From contig QPGO01000011.1 in NCBI GenBank assembly GCA_008632985.1, positions 310,001 through 374,000 of the forward strand: a DNA stretch of 64,000 nt, in the 5' to 3' direction. The position numbers and the translations under genes were made by a program. This document shows positions 47,977-61,740 of this stretch, piece by piece (within the stretch, counting starts at the first letter, position 1; each line of letters opens with the position of its first letter). Under the pieces are notes generated by a model. It worked only from the letters and a program-made list of their open reading frames with translations. It did no database searches and was not told where the DNA came from. Source of the stretch: Psammoneis japonica (Eukaryota).

Positions 47977-49571
47977 CACTCTCCATCGTGAGTCTATGCG
48001 TCGACCGTTCTTCGCGCGCGCGCTCGCACGCACCCGAAGGTCTCCTCATAGACTCTCGCGGAAGTAAGACGGACGATGTACCAGGGTCGTATGTAGGCCG
48101 TTTGTTACGGTGCCGTTTTTCCGTCGCACCGGCGGGACATGCTGTACATGCCGCAAGCTCATTGCTGTTATAGGCATGAACGACTCCCAAGGCTATCTAG
48201 CACTGTAGAATGAATCTTTTGTTGGGACGTTTCGAGCACAACATGACAAAACCCCACAGCCACACAACTGCTGCACAGCTTCTCGTTCCATCTTTCACAA
48301 TCGGACGTGTTGGTCCTTTTCTCTCGGCTCGATCGCGCTGGCCACACATGGAATGCCAGCTCTCCTCGTTCGTTTCTGTGGTCAGGGTGATGCACCCAAC
48401 ATTTGTTCCACAGTTCATCAATCACCAAGAACTGCCACACCAGCAGGTGATCGCAAGCCAGTTGCTGTGGAAGCCAAAAAGAGACGGGAGGAAGATGCAA
48501 GCAGTGAGAACATCCAAGACACAGATTTCAAGATGAGTCAACAATTGTGAGCAAAATCACAACACCAACTTGCCAATTAACCTTTGCGCACATTCTTTCG
48601 TGTCTCCTGTGTGCATGTGCTTGTCGCTGTGACCCTGTTTGTCTCATGCCATTGCTAGAGACATTCACACTGTCGCGAACTGATGAAATCCTGTGCGAAG
48701 CACAAGCCCCATTGAGTGAGTTTGAACACCAACAAGTGACAACATTGTCACAGGAGCTTGCCTCCTTTACTCAGCGGCACTGAACGAGCACAGTCAATGC
48801 ACTCAAATCTACCCAAGCGGCAAGAAATCGACACAACCGTCCAAAAATCTCCAAAAATGTCATAAAACAGCGATGCCCAACCGAAAATGAGACACCAGAC
48901 TGTCTTTGCCTCAAATCTCAGAGCTGTGGTCAAACCACGCCTCATGCAGACACCAATGAACAACACCAAGGCATTGCATGGACTGAGAACCTGTGTGACA
49001 ACGAGGAAGAGCCCAACCCGTGAGTGAGCACATTTCTGGCAAAAAATAAAAAGCCATTTCCCACAAACGACAGAAACAACGGTTGTGCTGCAAGAAAGAC
49101 AATGCCATTGCAAGACAATGACGAAAACATGCACAAGTTTCCATGTCATAACTTGCAGGGCGCAACGGAGCGGAACATGCGACGACAATCAACGACACAT
49201 GTCAGCACCTGCCGAAAAAGTGACGATTTTGCACTCAGTCAGTCTCGGGGATTAATCAATCAAAAATTTGCCAATTTTCTCCGTTCCAACACCATGGTGC
49301 GCTTCAACAGCGAGCATCCGAGTGACCACTGAACGGTGCAAGGCATGGCTGTCGACACGCCGATGAAATCGATCATCGTCGGAACGGCACATTTTCTGGT
49401 GTGTTTTGTGTAGAAAGCTCTGTAGAGCGTTTCGCCAAATCCAGGGAGGCACGGTAACAAATTTTGAGCCAGCGTCCGTCTCACTTCCGCGAGAGTCTAT
49501 GAGGAGACCTTCGGGTGCGTGCGAGCGCGCGCACGAAGAATGGTCGACGCACAAACTCACGATGGAGAGTG
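47977..49571. mobile_element. Non-autonomous Mutator/MULE-like element, ~99-bp TIRs, 9-bp TSD AGATGGAAT
   Basis: TIRs 47977-48075 and 49473-49571 (about 5 mismatches). agatggaat at 47968-47976 and 49572-49580. Interior ~48210-49400 is TpA-depleted. Confidence 0.85.
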
Positions 49572-49843
49572 AGATGGAATGAAGTGAGTTCAGCCCGCGA
49601 CGTGTTCGGTGTTCGGGCTTGGGTTCATTGCCAGATCGGAAGTGCGAGGCGCACGCAATCTTGACGCACGTAGAAACATCGCAGGCCTCTTTTCCCCAAA
49701 TGAAAACCGTTGTGGACGTCACTTTTTTTGAAAATCCGCGAGAGAGCGGCCAAATGGGGAGGTCCACGTAGAAATGCGTAGAACCTCCTTTCCCCATTTT
49801 GGCGATTTCACACGACAAAATTGTTCTCGCGATTTCGCGCGTT

Positions 49844-49927
49844 GGGGAGTGGGGAATGGGGAGTGGGGAATGGGGAGTGGGGAATGGGGAGCGGGGAATG
49901 GGGAGTGGGGAGTGGGGAAAGGGGACT
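49844..49927 (+). repeat. 12 x 7-bp GGGGART tandem array (G-quadruplex-prone)
   Basis: ggggagt/ggggaat units read directly. Confidence 0.95.
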
Positions 49928-50449
49928 GGGACATGAGGAGGCAGGACTGGGGCATGGGGTACAGTGCTGGGGCATGGGAGCAGGGGGGCTTGGACGGGGG
50001 CAAGGAAAATGATTGCTTCGTTTCGGTGGCAAGCACTTTGGATCGCAATGTGAGTCAAACGCTTTGGAAACGAGTTCCTTTCTCACATCCTGGCTTGGTT
50101 GCTGCTGCTGCTGAAAAGGCAAAGTCATGTCGGAATAAGATTAATCGCGCATCATAGAAAGTCGTGGTTGCGAAGATACGGTGACGGTCTCTTGCGCTTG
50201 CGTTTCTCGGTAAAAGTCACATCGCCCGCAGACACTGTCAATTCGAGCTTTGCGCTTTGTTAAGTAAGGGTAAGCATCTTACGAAGGACGTACGATTGGA
50301 GGCTGCCCGCATGCTCTTGGAAATCATGGGGCCGTTGTCGACACTACTCGTAGAAGATCAGAATGGAATGACTCAAGTGTTGCAACACTCATTGGGGGAG
50401 AAAGACAATGTTTTTCAGCCTCTTTGTGAAATACGGGGCCTCTATTGAA

Positions 50450-50650
50450 AGACCACTTGGACGCAAAGGAGTGACACCTCCACAATGTGCTGCAGCCGTT
50501 CAAAACAGGGTCAAGACGCTCTTACGGCATTGCAAAGAGTGAAAGCAAACGGAGATTTCAATGTAACGAAGCTTCTCTTGTAGCATGGGGCAAGCATAAA
50601 TGCTCGCGATCACACAATGGAACAACGCCTCTTTTCTAGGAGTACTAGCA
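50450..50650 (+). pseudogene. Possible ankyrin-repeat gene remnant
   Basis: GDFNVTKLLL*HGASINARD reads like one ankyrin repeat with an in-frame stop. Confidence 0.4.
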
Positions 50651-51481
50651 TGCATTTTGCAATGGGCGTCGGCATGAAGCTGAAGGCATGTTGCCCATGG
50701 AGCGAGGAGGTAACATTTCGGCGGCGTAGAGTGCTTCGGCGGAGCTTTGGCAATACCTGCATGGGCGTTTCATATAATTTGGGATTTAGATATTGTAAAC
50801 GAGAATGTGCACAATGGGATTTCGTCAGTTCTTGCGTTTCACAAGTTTATGAGAAATTCGAAACAAACATACTCTAGTACGATGTGCTCAATACGTGATA
50901 CTCTAGTAGTGTTATTATAGCAATTGTGAAGAACTCTATGGATTTATCATAGAGCGCATTGAATGACATAGCTATGCACAGCGAATCGAGAAAGGATTAA
51001 GTCGATGGCCGAGGTAGAGCTCCATAGTTGGTATGGCGTCACTCTCAGGACTGAAGACTGAAGCACTGGAAGAAGCTATCATAGCACCAGCAGCCTATCT
51101 CATCCGCAAATCTCATCGCCGATCCGCATCTTTGTTCCTGCCATCCTCAATATTAGTAGCGTCAATCCTCATCACCATGGCGCAACAAGAACAAACCGTA
51201 GCTTTCCATGGGCGCTTGTGGAGGCTGTTCCCCACCCGTAGAGACTCAAATTCGTACGAGTTGTGGTCCATGCCTCAGTTTATGGCGTTGTACAGACAAA
51301 AAGCGCAAAGAACCCATTGAGGTGAAATTCAAACTGTGATTGGGGCAGAGAGATCATCGGCCGTCGCGGCCAAAGTTCTTTCGAAAACGTATGTGAAGCG
51401 TGGGAGCATTCTCGTAGCACGGGCGCCAATAGGTGTCTCGTGAAAGTGGAATCCAACCACAACGCATTTCGAGTTAGCAAT

Positions 51482-52574
51482 CTACCTTTTCTGCACTTGC
51501 AAAATAGATATCCACCACCTTTGTCCTTTCATTCTCGTCCAGCAATTCATCTTTTCAGCAAAGTCCAAGGCTCTCAACGATTGGCTACTTGTAAGTCTCT
51601 CGAATTCATTCCTTGTGGGCAAGAGATGTGGAACAGTACTGGCGTCTTCTGTATGTAATTTCAAAACAAAATTGGCGCCAAGGGGGTGCGTGATAAACAT
51701 GACCCCGTTCACGTGCAAGCATTCTGCCAGGGCTGACATGAGAGAATCTGAAAGACAAGAGAAAACGATGTTGGATGGAATCGTAAGATGCATACAAAAC
51801 CGACAAAAGCCATGCCGACAAATGTCAACAGAACTTACCGGTATCGTAGAAATTACCAAAGCAAGCATTTGTAATAACTCCGTCGAAGGCACCTCGATAG
51901 GCCAATGTGTCTCTATTCGGCTGCACGGCAGAAGCTCGATCGGCAGGGTTTTCTTTTCCCAGAACACACTCTACAAACTCGGCATTGACCACGGTAATCT
52001 CATGCTGATTACCATATTCCTCAAGAACCGATATAGCTCGACGTTTGGCAATATCTACCATTTTTTGACTCAAATCAAGCCCCAAAAGGTGTAGCCTCAC
52101 CCCAACTTCGTTCGCAGCACGGACCAGAAACGGAAATAGCGCGCCGGTACCACAGCCAACATCCAAGACATTATAAATCGCCTTGTCGGGTTGGCTGCTC
52201 ACTGTTTGTCGAATGATTCGATTGGCCAAGTATTCGAGAATGGGGACAACTTCGGGTGGAGTTGCATCACTGGATCCAAAAAAGTCTGACATGTCATCAA
52301 AGACTTGTTGTTGATGTACAAGAAACTGTGACTTTTCGGTTGCAGCGTCAGCATAGGTGCTTGCAGCAGCTTGTTTTTGAGAGGTTTCCTTTTGCATCCT
52401 TGCCAAGTCGTCCTCGTGCTGAAGAGACGATCCACGCGAGGCAAACAATAATCCACAGTCACGGAATGAACTGGACGGATGAATCGAAAATGCAGTCACA
52501 ACACAAGATTTCTGTGTCGTCAGTCGAAAGCAAAGAAGCAGAGTCAACAGCAGGTTCCGCAACCGTGGAGACAT
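51482..52574 (-). CDS. Class I SAM-dependent methyltransferase with a signal/plastid presequence; intron ~51755-51839; 3' end uncertain
   Basis: VLDVGCGTGALFPFL, GLDLSQKMV, FDGVITNACFGNFYD, FITHPLGANFV. Confidence 0.8.
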
Positions 52575-52987
52575 ATCAGAAGGAATTTTAGCAACAATAG
52601 GAGGAGACGATGATGGCTTCAATGAGATTGGTTCGTGTCGCGCTGTGCTCGGTGATTACCTGCCTCACGTTTGCCTCGATCCTCGATCATGGTAGGGCCC
52701 TCTGAGTTCTGAGTGACGTGAAAAGCTGTGAGACTTGATTTTTCGAAAGATACGATATCATTTTACTTTATCCAGTTATGAATAGTAACAAAAGCGTTTT
52801 ATTTCCGAATTTATTAACGATGATTCCATCACACATCACGCACACCCACATCCCATAGGACCACTTGTGAAGGGGTGGTGTCAACTGTCAACGAAGCTTA
52901 CAAACAAACTCTCGAAGTCTCGAAGGATCAAAACCATCAGTGAACTAACTGAAGCACTATTTTGGTCTTACGCAAACGAACGCAAAG

Positions 52988-54488
52988 ATGTCCGGATCCT
53001 CCAGCAGCGACGACGACGAAGAAGAGAAAATCACTTTATGATGATCTTCGTGATACCGCAGCGAATCTTACCCGTGACATGCTTCTCGAGTTTTCCGAAT
53101 CTACAATCGAAGCAGTCTTGGAAGCTGGAAAGTCCGTGCCGTGTTTCGGGGCCTGCGTGGTCCTGCTGCACCGACTCTCAGAAGCCGTTAGAGATTCCCA
53201 GAGAAACAAGGAAAGCTGCGAACGGATAGGCGTTTGGGCGAAGGGCATCAAGGCCGCGCTGGTCATGGCATGGCCCACGGTACAGAAGACCGACGACTCG
53301 CAAGCGATGCTCACCGTTATGGTGACAACGGCGGAGGATGTCGGCAATCTGAGGACGATGGTGAAGTCCTACAACCGCCGAAAAAAGGCCATACAGCTCG
53401 TCACTGCTTCCGCATTCAAGACCAAATTTGAAAAAGCGGAAAGGAATGCCGAAACGATGCTCGATTGCCTCGTCGCTTGCCTGCAGGCTGTCCAGTTGAA
53501 GATCACCGCCCAGAGCGTCGGAAACCTGAGCGCCATTCACGGAATTCAGCTCATCAATAGAAGCCAACTGGACAATGTGGCCGAAAAGCAAAATGAACTT
53601 GTCGAGAATGCCAAGAAACAGTTTGACAATATTGCAGGGCAGCAGAATGATCTTTTCGAAAGTGCCATGAAACAGTTGAACGAGAAGCTAAATAATCTCG
53701 ATAGCCTCGTTGCTAGCTTGCAGGACGTCCAGTCGAAGATGGCCGCCAAGAGCGACGACAACGCGAGCGCTATTCACGGAGTCAAGCTCATCAGTAGAAA
53801 CCAACTGGACAATTTGGCCAAAGAGCAGAATGAACTTATCGAATATGCCGAGAAACAGTGGGACAAGAGTGCAGAGCAGCGCAATGAGCTTGTCGAAATT
53901 GCCATGAAACAGCTGAACGATAAGCTAGATGATGTGGCCAGCCAGCAGAATGAACTTACCCAACACCTCAAGCAGCAGCTGAAAAGTGCTAAGAAGTTTG
54001 AAGAGGCGGTTGGAAAAAATGTGGAGAGTTTGCAGCTTAGATTGAATGCGACATACATGGATCATAGCGATCCTTATTCCTGTAATATGGGACCGATGAC
54101 AGCGTTCCATTTGATTGGAGGTAGTCAGAGCCCTGAGTGGGACATTGCTAAAATGTCGCTTGCCCGCCCTGATGTCCTCACTGAGACAGAATATAGGGAG
54201 ATCGTCAAGAGTCTGTGGAAGGCAATGCCAGCATGTCAGATGCGTGCTAACCCTGCATCACGTCTTACGGATCCTTATACCATGCTCAATACAGAACAGA
54301 TTAATTTAGGGCTTGTCCGGTCGAGCATGCAAGGTGCTATCAGAAATTTGACTGGTATTCTGAAGCTTGATGAGCGGGGTGTAAAGCTCTGCATCACAAA
54401 TGTGACTCCGGATGGTGCCTTGTTTGAATTGCAGTGGCCTTCTACTGGTCCATTTCGCAAAGCATCGGAAATCAACACCATGGCTTAG
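52988..54488 (+). CDS. MLKL-N-terminal (four-helix-bundle)-like domain + duplicated coiled-coil protein; probable extra A near 53030
   Basis: SVPCFGACVVLLHRLSEAVRDSQRNKESCERIGVWAKGIKAAL resembles the MLKL_NTD pattern. Two copies of SAIHG..LI.R.QLDN.A..QNEL. Confidence 0.6.
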
Positions 54489-54869
54489 GAGGTGAGAAGT
54501 GACCAATCATTGCGGACAAATTGAATTGTGTCAAGGTTTCTTTTACTTTTAGTGTACACAGAGTGACCCCACATAAGAATCCACGAGTAGTGTAGCCAAA
54601 CAAGATTGCATGTGAGACCGCCATTGACACCGCTTACGATTTCCTCTAACGGCACCATCATACCTTATTTCGAAAGGCAGTAGAATGGGAAGTGATGCGC
54701 TTGTGCTCTTTTGCGAACCGTCAGCTAGACCGATCATGCACACATGCGCTAGCCTGGAGCCAGGCGAAGACATCACGATCGCATCCACTTTTCAGAATAT
54801 GCTAAATCGAAACAATGAATGAAGAATCTGGCTCGAGGCAGGGCTCTTAAATCTTCTGGATTTTAAAGA

Positions 54870-57800
54870 CAGCCGACAGCCAGCTGTGACATGGCTCGCA
54901 TCACTGAAAGTCCACAGTGGTGAACGAGCTGAGAGCGGCCACGATTGGTTGGGACGCATGGCTTCCTGTTGTTGCAGTCTTGCTTTCTCCTTTGTGCTTT
55001 CCAACCTGCTTGCGCACACTAAAGGTCCTTGCGGCCACTGCATTCTATCTCAAGTCACCTCCATTCACATGTGCCATCGCATGGATGACACCATTGGTGT
55101 GGGGATTTGCACCACGGTTTGTGATGCAATGACCATCAGGATTTGCTTTGCTGCTGCATGACATGCAACTGATGTGCTTTGTGCCACTTTGCATTTGAAC
55201 ATTGCACTGGGTGAAGGAACCCAAGATTGGAGTGAAACATGCCGGCACAAAAAACAAAAAACCGGAAGAGACGCAATGCTTCCTGCAGAGAGTGGAAGAA
55301 CACTCCAGGCAAGGAGGAGTTCAACGTGGATTTTTGTGAGGTGCTGCCTTTTTGTTTGCAGTTTGTGCCACCATTGGAGAAGCTGCTCTCCAAGGAACAA
55401 AGCTGTGCATTGCTTGTGTTCAGCAAAATCAAGTGGGACGCTGGCTGAGCAGTGCATGACCACACCAAAAGTGGCAACGACGATCATGATGGTCATGCTG
55501 AAAACATCATCATCATCAAGGGTGCAACAAATCCAGAAAAGTTCAAGATTGCTGGCAATGTTGGGGCTGGGGCAAGGCAGTGGATGGCAATCAAGGAAAA
55601 GGGCAGCTGCAGAGGATGGTTGACAAAGGGGCCGGACCATCAGCTGGTGGAGCAGCCTTTCCCAAGTGTGCATTTTGGTTGGACCAAGTTGCCATTTTGG
55701 CAGATCCAATTGTTTTGGTTGACCAACCACCAACCAATCAAATGAATTTGATTGACCAAATTAACAACTGCAAAATGTCAGCCAAACTCATTTTCATGTC
55801 CATTTTCACACAAACGATGCTGGTGCAGTTTCTACAAAATTTGTGCAGCATGTCGACATGCTCGCTTTCCAACAGAAGATTCTCCCAAAAGCGCGCCAAA
55901 TCCTGCCAGCCAAAATGATGTTTTGGGGAAACAAAATCACTTTGGTTGCAAGCATCAATTTTGTCAACAAATTTGCACCAACCAAAATGCCCATTTTGGT
56001 CGACCAAAATGTGCACTTGGGAAACACTGGTGGGAGAAGAGGCATGAGTGAGCTTTGTGTGAAAGTCATTGCACCAATGACAAAGCATGCTCGTGCTGCT
56101 TCAACCTCCAAGAAGCTCTTGCCATGCCAGTGAGTGAAAAAAAAAGGAAGAAGAAAGCTGCTGGAAGCAAGCTGCCAACTTCGTGGTGGATGTTCTTCCT
56201 CTGAAAGCAGCACGGAGGAAGTTTGGCAGCTCCTTTGTCTCGCGGGCATGAGGGTGATGTTTGGCTCACAAGCTGTGTGTGGCGGGCATGATTGAGAAAA
56301 CAGCAGCCAAAAAATGATGTGCTGTTTGTTGCAACAATGCTCCTGTCTCACAAGCTGGCAGGCTTTCAAGCCCTGTGAGCACTGCATGGCAAGTTGTGGA
56401 ACAAAACGCAAATGCAAAATGGCGGTGGCATGAGAAAGTTTTGGCAGAGGAGATTGGTCTGGTGGCGACTGAGGATGAAACGGCCAGAGAGCGGCTTGTG
56501 TCTGTCATCAACGACTTGCAGGATGATTCGACGACTTTTTCAGTTGCAGGACAATGTTTTGGTCGCAAAAAACCCTTCATGACAACATCAGGAGCAACTG
56601 TGATGGCTCACCCAACCTGCTGTCAAATTGGGGATGGTCAGATCCCATTGAAAATGCAAAACAATGTCTGTGACCAACTTTGTGGCACACGAATGAAGGA
56701 CGCGACAATTAAAGCCAGACGCGAGACTGGCTGGAAGCCTTGGGCGGAAGGCCTGTTGACCAGAGAAGCAACTCAGCATTTGGAGAAAGATCTTCCAGAG
56801 ATTGCAAATGGCTTTGGAGAGCATTTTTTGATGAGCCAGGCGATCTTGACTCTGTTTCAAGCGAGATGCGCGCCATTCTGCGGCAATCAAACTTGACAGC
56901 ACCGCCAAGTTCAGACAGACCTTGTGCTGTTGTTGGCAATTTGGGCCCAGCAAGCTTGCTTGGTGAAGGCAAGGAGGGGGAGGAGGGGGGTGCTGCAACC
57001 CCATTGCCGTGCAAGAAGCGAAAGATTGAGGATCCATGGCAAGTGAAGGCGTTGCGAGAACTGGCGGCTGGCAATGTCCAAGCATTTGCAGAGCTGGAGC
57101 TTGTGCTGCTTTCATTTGACAGTGATGGCAATGATGCAGAGAATGTGACAAAGAGAGAGTGCAGGAAAAGGGACATTCAGCCATCAATGGAAACTGTTGA
57201 GTCGGTGACGATGATGAGCATTTTCAAACTCAAGGCATCAAGGATGAACTTGCGACTGGTCCGAGACAAACTCGTTCAGCACCAGCGATGGTTCAAGCCA
57301 AAAGAACTTGTCTTGCATCTCTGCCCCATCTTGTGCCCCAATGTGTGCCCAGAGATCATGCAGCGGCATCAGCATTTTTGGCACAAGCATCTCAAAATGC
57401 AAGAAATTGAAGCATTTCACGCAGCACATGAGGACAAGCTCTTTGCACTTGAGAGCTGGGCATTTGTCCTCCTCTTGCACCACCCTTTTGAGCCCCTCTT
57501 TCAAAAAATTGTGAGTGTGCCAATGGCTTGTGTTCAATGCCATCTTCCTTTGTTTCTTGCTTGTTCTGCTTCTTTTTCCTTGGACTCTCTTTTGTTTGTT
57601 GTGCTTGGCTTGCCATGCTTCTCCTTTTTGACCACATCATTGTTTGGCTTCTTGTTTTTCCTTGCATCAGAACCCAAGCAATTTGTGCACAGTGGCGCTT
57701 GTTGTCAAGGACTGCATGTTGCAGGGACAAGGCATTGACCATTGCAGGGACAGACTCCAATGCATCCTCCACGAAGAAGGTTGTTGCTGCTGCGCACTTT

Positions 57801-60800
57801 TTCAACATTGCCAAGCTTGCTCCATCAGTTGGTGGATCTCAGTTGTCACAGACCTGTCACAAATTTCCCTGAATTTTTCAAGATCCTCTTTGAATTTGTC
57901 AATGTCTGGCTCATCTGACATCTCAGCAGACCCAAATCTTGGCAAGATCTTTTGAAATGTGCCAAAACCATTCTCTTGTTTGGTTGCTGCAGCACCCATT
58001 TTTGATCTCATTTCATCCAACTCATCTTTGGATGCATTCTGCAGGGCGCAGATCAGTGCACTGAAGTTGTGCATCATTCTGAAGCAGTTGTTTCCATCAA
58101 ATGATCTGCCGCAAAATGGGTTGTGCTTGGTGCCAATGGGGAGGCTTGCCGCCAGTGACTGACTCCAGAGCACTCTTTGCATTTCCCTCAGTGGTGTTTG
58201 AGGCAGGAACCAATGTCAGACAACAGACCCTCTGGAGCAGGGCAGATTGTCTTGAGTTGTGAGAAATGTTGAGCTGACTCACACTCCTCTCTGTGTGTTT
58301 GCAACAGGGACACTTCTGCTTCAAAGTTTGGCAGAACTTGATTCCAAGCTGCTCAGAGCAGCTCAGCTTTTGCTCTTTTTTCCTTGGTGCTCTTGAGACT
58401 CTTGCTTTCAAAACATGCAATGAGGAGAGAAGGGCATGACTGAAGTGTCAGCTGAAGTCAAAGATTTGTTGATGGCTGGCCCACTTGTCTCAGCTGTTTG
58501 CTTTTGTTTCTTCTTTGTTTTGCTCTTTGGGATGTTCTCAAGCTGTTGCTCAGCTGCAGCAGCCATGTCCACAGCTCTGTTCCTGCAGCTGCATTCTTTG
58601 ATTTTGACTGCACCAGTGCTTCAAGGGAAATGTTGCAGAGAAAGCAGAGGGGAAGGGCAGAGGTGCTGCATCCTTGCAGGCCAAGGGTGTTGTCAATGAG
58701 TTGAGCATCACCACAAAGAGGAATGGTGTGAAGCACGCAAGTCTCTGGCTTCATCTGATCAACCTTGGTCTGCTCCATTCTTGCACAAAAAGGCATCTCA
58801 ACCTCCTTGTTTGTTTCTGTGTGTCAATGGACCACAGCTCCCATGCATGGTTGTTGACAGCAAGAAGGGTCTTGATGTGGGTGCTCTCTGTTGTTGAAAC
58901 AGGGGCAACCGGCTTTTGGCTTGGGCTGGAGGAGGGCATTCAGCTGCTTTGTTTTTTGCCAACAGACTGATGTGGTCATGTTGCTCCAGCCATGTTGTGT
59001 GCAAACAACACTGGACAAGAGCCTCCTTTTTTCAAAAGAGGTGGGTGTCAAAAGCATGTTTTCAGTTGTTGAGCAACTTCTTTCTCAGGCTTTCACATGT
59101 GTCTGGTGCGTCAAGATTGGCAATGAGATCAAGCAAGTTGGGGCTGCTTGGGTCTGTGCTGCTCACAACTGCAGCTCCAAACTTAAATTGCCACAAACCC
59201 TTTCAGTTTTCAGAAATCAGCCAAACCACAGCATGCAGTGCACAAAATGTGCAGAGTTCCACGCCACACTTTGCCACGTTGTAAATCAAAATGACATGCT
59301 GGTGCAAGCACAGCAAAAAGTGTGATGGGTGGAGAACACATTGACATGAGAAATGAAAGCAGTTTGGTGCCACACAACTGTTGACAGACACCTTGCATGT
59401 CCACGCACCTCAAAACTTTCACTCACTGAGGTTTTAAAAATCAAAAATTTTGGACAGTCCTCATTTTGTCAGATCATTGTGTGTTGTCAAGCATGTCTTT
59501 GCAATCAGCCAATTTGTCAACTCAAGATGCACCCTTGTGCCAAACAGGCCAGGAAACAGATTGTCTCTTTCCTTTGTGCTTTTGCCATGGTTTCAACTTT
59601 TTAACACGTCAAAGTGCAGGCTCAACTTTGTGCCAAGCACTGCAGCATGCTGTGGTTTGGCTGACTGAAAGGGTCAATGAGTGTGCCGTCACTGAGTCTG
59701 GTTGCTGTTGAGGACTTGACAAGAATGCCTTTGTTCGCCAGAGCCTCAACACGTGGACAAATCACACCACTGACACTCTCAGCCAGAGGTGCCTGTCACC
59801 ACATTTTGTCCTTCTTGCCATTGCTGTTGTTCACTTTCAACACGCGCATGGTGTTGTCAACTGGCTTTCTGAGAGTGCTCTTCCTGTCATGAAATGAAAG
59901 CCCAACCAGCATGCTGAGCAAATCATTCATTGCAGCAATCTTTCATTCTGCCATCCCACCCATTTCCCACAGCTCAACCTGTTTCTCTGTGGGTTGGGCA
60001 CATGTGGAATCTTGTTGTGTTTCTTCTAAATTGAAAGAAGAGTGGCTTGCAAGCAAACACTGAACAGACTTTTCCTGGCACACATTTCATTTGCACAAGC
60101 ATCTTCATGGCCACAATGTGATGGTGGGCACCAATTGTTTTGACACCCCCTTGGCAACTTTTGAGGTTCTCATCCACCACTTGCTGTGCCACACCCTCTT
60201 GCACTTGGGTTTGGTTTCATGATGCCTTTGTTGTCTCACACCTCCTCTGGAATTGCATGACTTTGTGTCCCATGTGCTTGAGAGTTTTGGCTGGAGCCAT
60301 GCTTTGGATGTCAGTGTCGCCACTGACGTCACTGGCATCACTGGCATCACTGGCAACAGCTGGCCAATGAAACTTCTTGAGACCCTGTCAAGGACTCCTT
60401 CTTCCAAGTTTTGCAGATCTCTGCCACAAGCTGTGGCATCAGCAGTGGCGCTGGAAACCACACCACAGGGGGGTGCTCAATGCAGAAGAAAAGTTGGGTC
60501 ATGAGGATTGCTTGTTTTCTCCATTCCTGGCACATCATCTTTTTAGGACAGACTGGGGCAGATGTGGGCTGGGGAAATGGCCCAGTCAGTTGACTCTCCA
60601 CTGCACTCTCTTCTTGGTGGCTGGTTTGGCTGAACCTTTGGCTCTTCTTGAGCTGAAGTTGCAGCTTGTTGAGAGCTTCCTTTGCGTGGTGCTGGCTTTT
60701 TGCAGCACATCTGCCAGCAACAAGCAAACAAAGGCAAAGTCCTTCATCACAGGATTTGCAGCTCCTGGTGTTGTCAATGTGTCTCCACCACAACCAAAGA

Positions 60801-61740
60801 ACTCATGCAGCAATGCGGCTGCCATGCAGCAAAAATTTCTGTTGGGGGATGATGAGACAACACAAGTTGAGTGCTGATGGGTTCCAATCCCAGGTGGGAC
60901 TCCGTGTGACATTGGGCCCGCAGAATTCTGCGTGCGAGCTCTGCGTTGGTGTTGTCAATCAATGAAAATGTGAATGATCGCCAACAGAAAAAGAGGCAAT
61001 TTTACGAGCGCATCTCCTCCTTCACACTTTAAGTGCATGAACAACAGTTTGCATGGGCACATTCTACAGACATTAAAGAATGTGCCCAGTGCATTTTTGT
61101 TGTCACAAATGTTGAAAACAAAAAGCCTTTGGCTTTGCAAAATGGGAAGTGTGAAACAATCATTGACCACTCAGTGGTTGGTGATTGCAGACTTTTTCGT
61201 GTCGGTCCGGCAGTCAGGCAGTCGGGGGGTCGGGGGGTCGGGCAGTCGGGGGGTCGGGCAGTCGGGTTGTCCATCTGAATTTGAAAGTGTGTCCCTTGGA
61301 TTTTGAAAGGGTGTGGGTTGTTTAGTGCAGATGAATTCTTCGGATTCTTGGAGTTGTCATTGAGGACATGAGAGGTTGTGGGGACATCCTAAAAAATCGA
61401 TAAATTCCCTGCGACGGGCACGTGGCACGGTTTTTCGGGAGAGCTCGAAAGTTCTGAAAAATTGGGATTGACGGCGTGGCATGTTCAAAAATGCATTCAA
61501 TCACATCCCTGGTCCGCGCCTTCATGTTGCGCGAAAGCACAACGTGGTTTTGTGCTGTTGCCAACAATTGACAAAGCCGGTCATTTGACACCTGACCTGA
61601 CCCAACTAGCCAAAGCAGGCTTTGATGATGGTGTCTGGTGGTTTGACAGTGTCAAACAACCTGAGGTGGCTTTCATAAGACAAACAGCAAGAGGATACAT
61701 TTTTGGTCGTGAAAATCGCCACGTTGCAGAAAAGTGCAAC
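54870..61740. other. TpA-depleted hypermutated block 5 (unassigned TE/gene relics)
   Basis: TA nearly absent over ~6.9 kb. CpG is retained in ~56400-57300 but rare in ~57800-59000. Confidence 0.9.

Noticed and set aside
49844..49927. Telomere or cyanobacterial STRR repeat
   Set aside because: Internal, short, not TTAGGG-type and with no bacterial context; the resemblance is probably coincidental.
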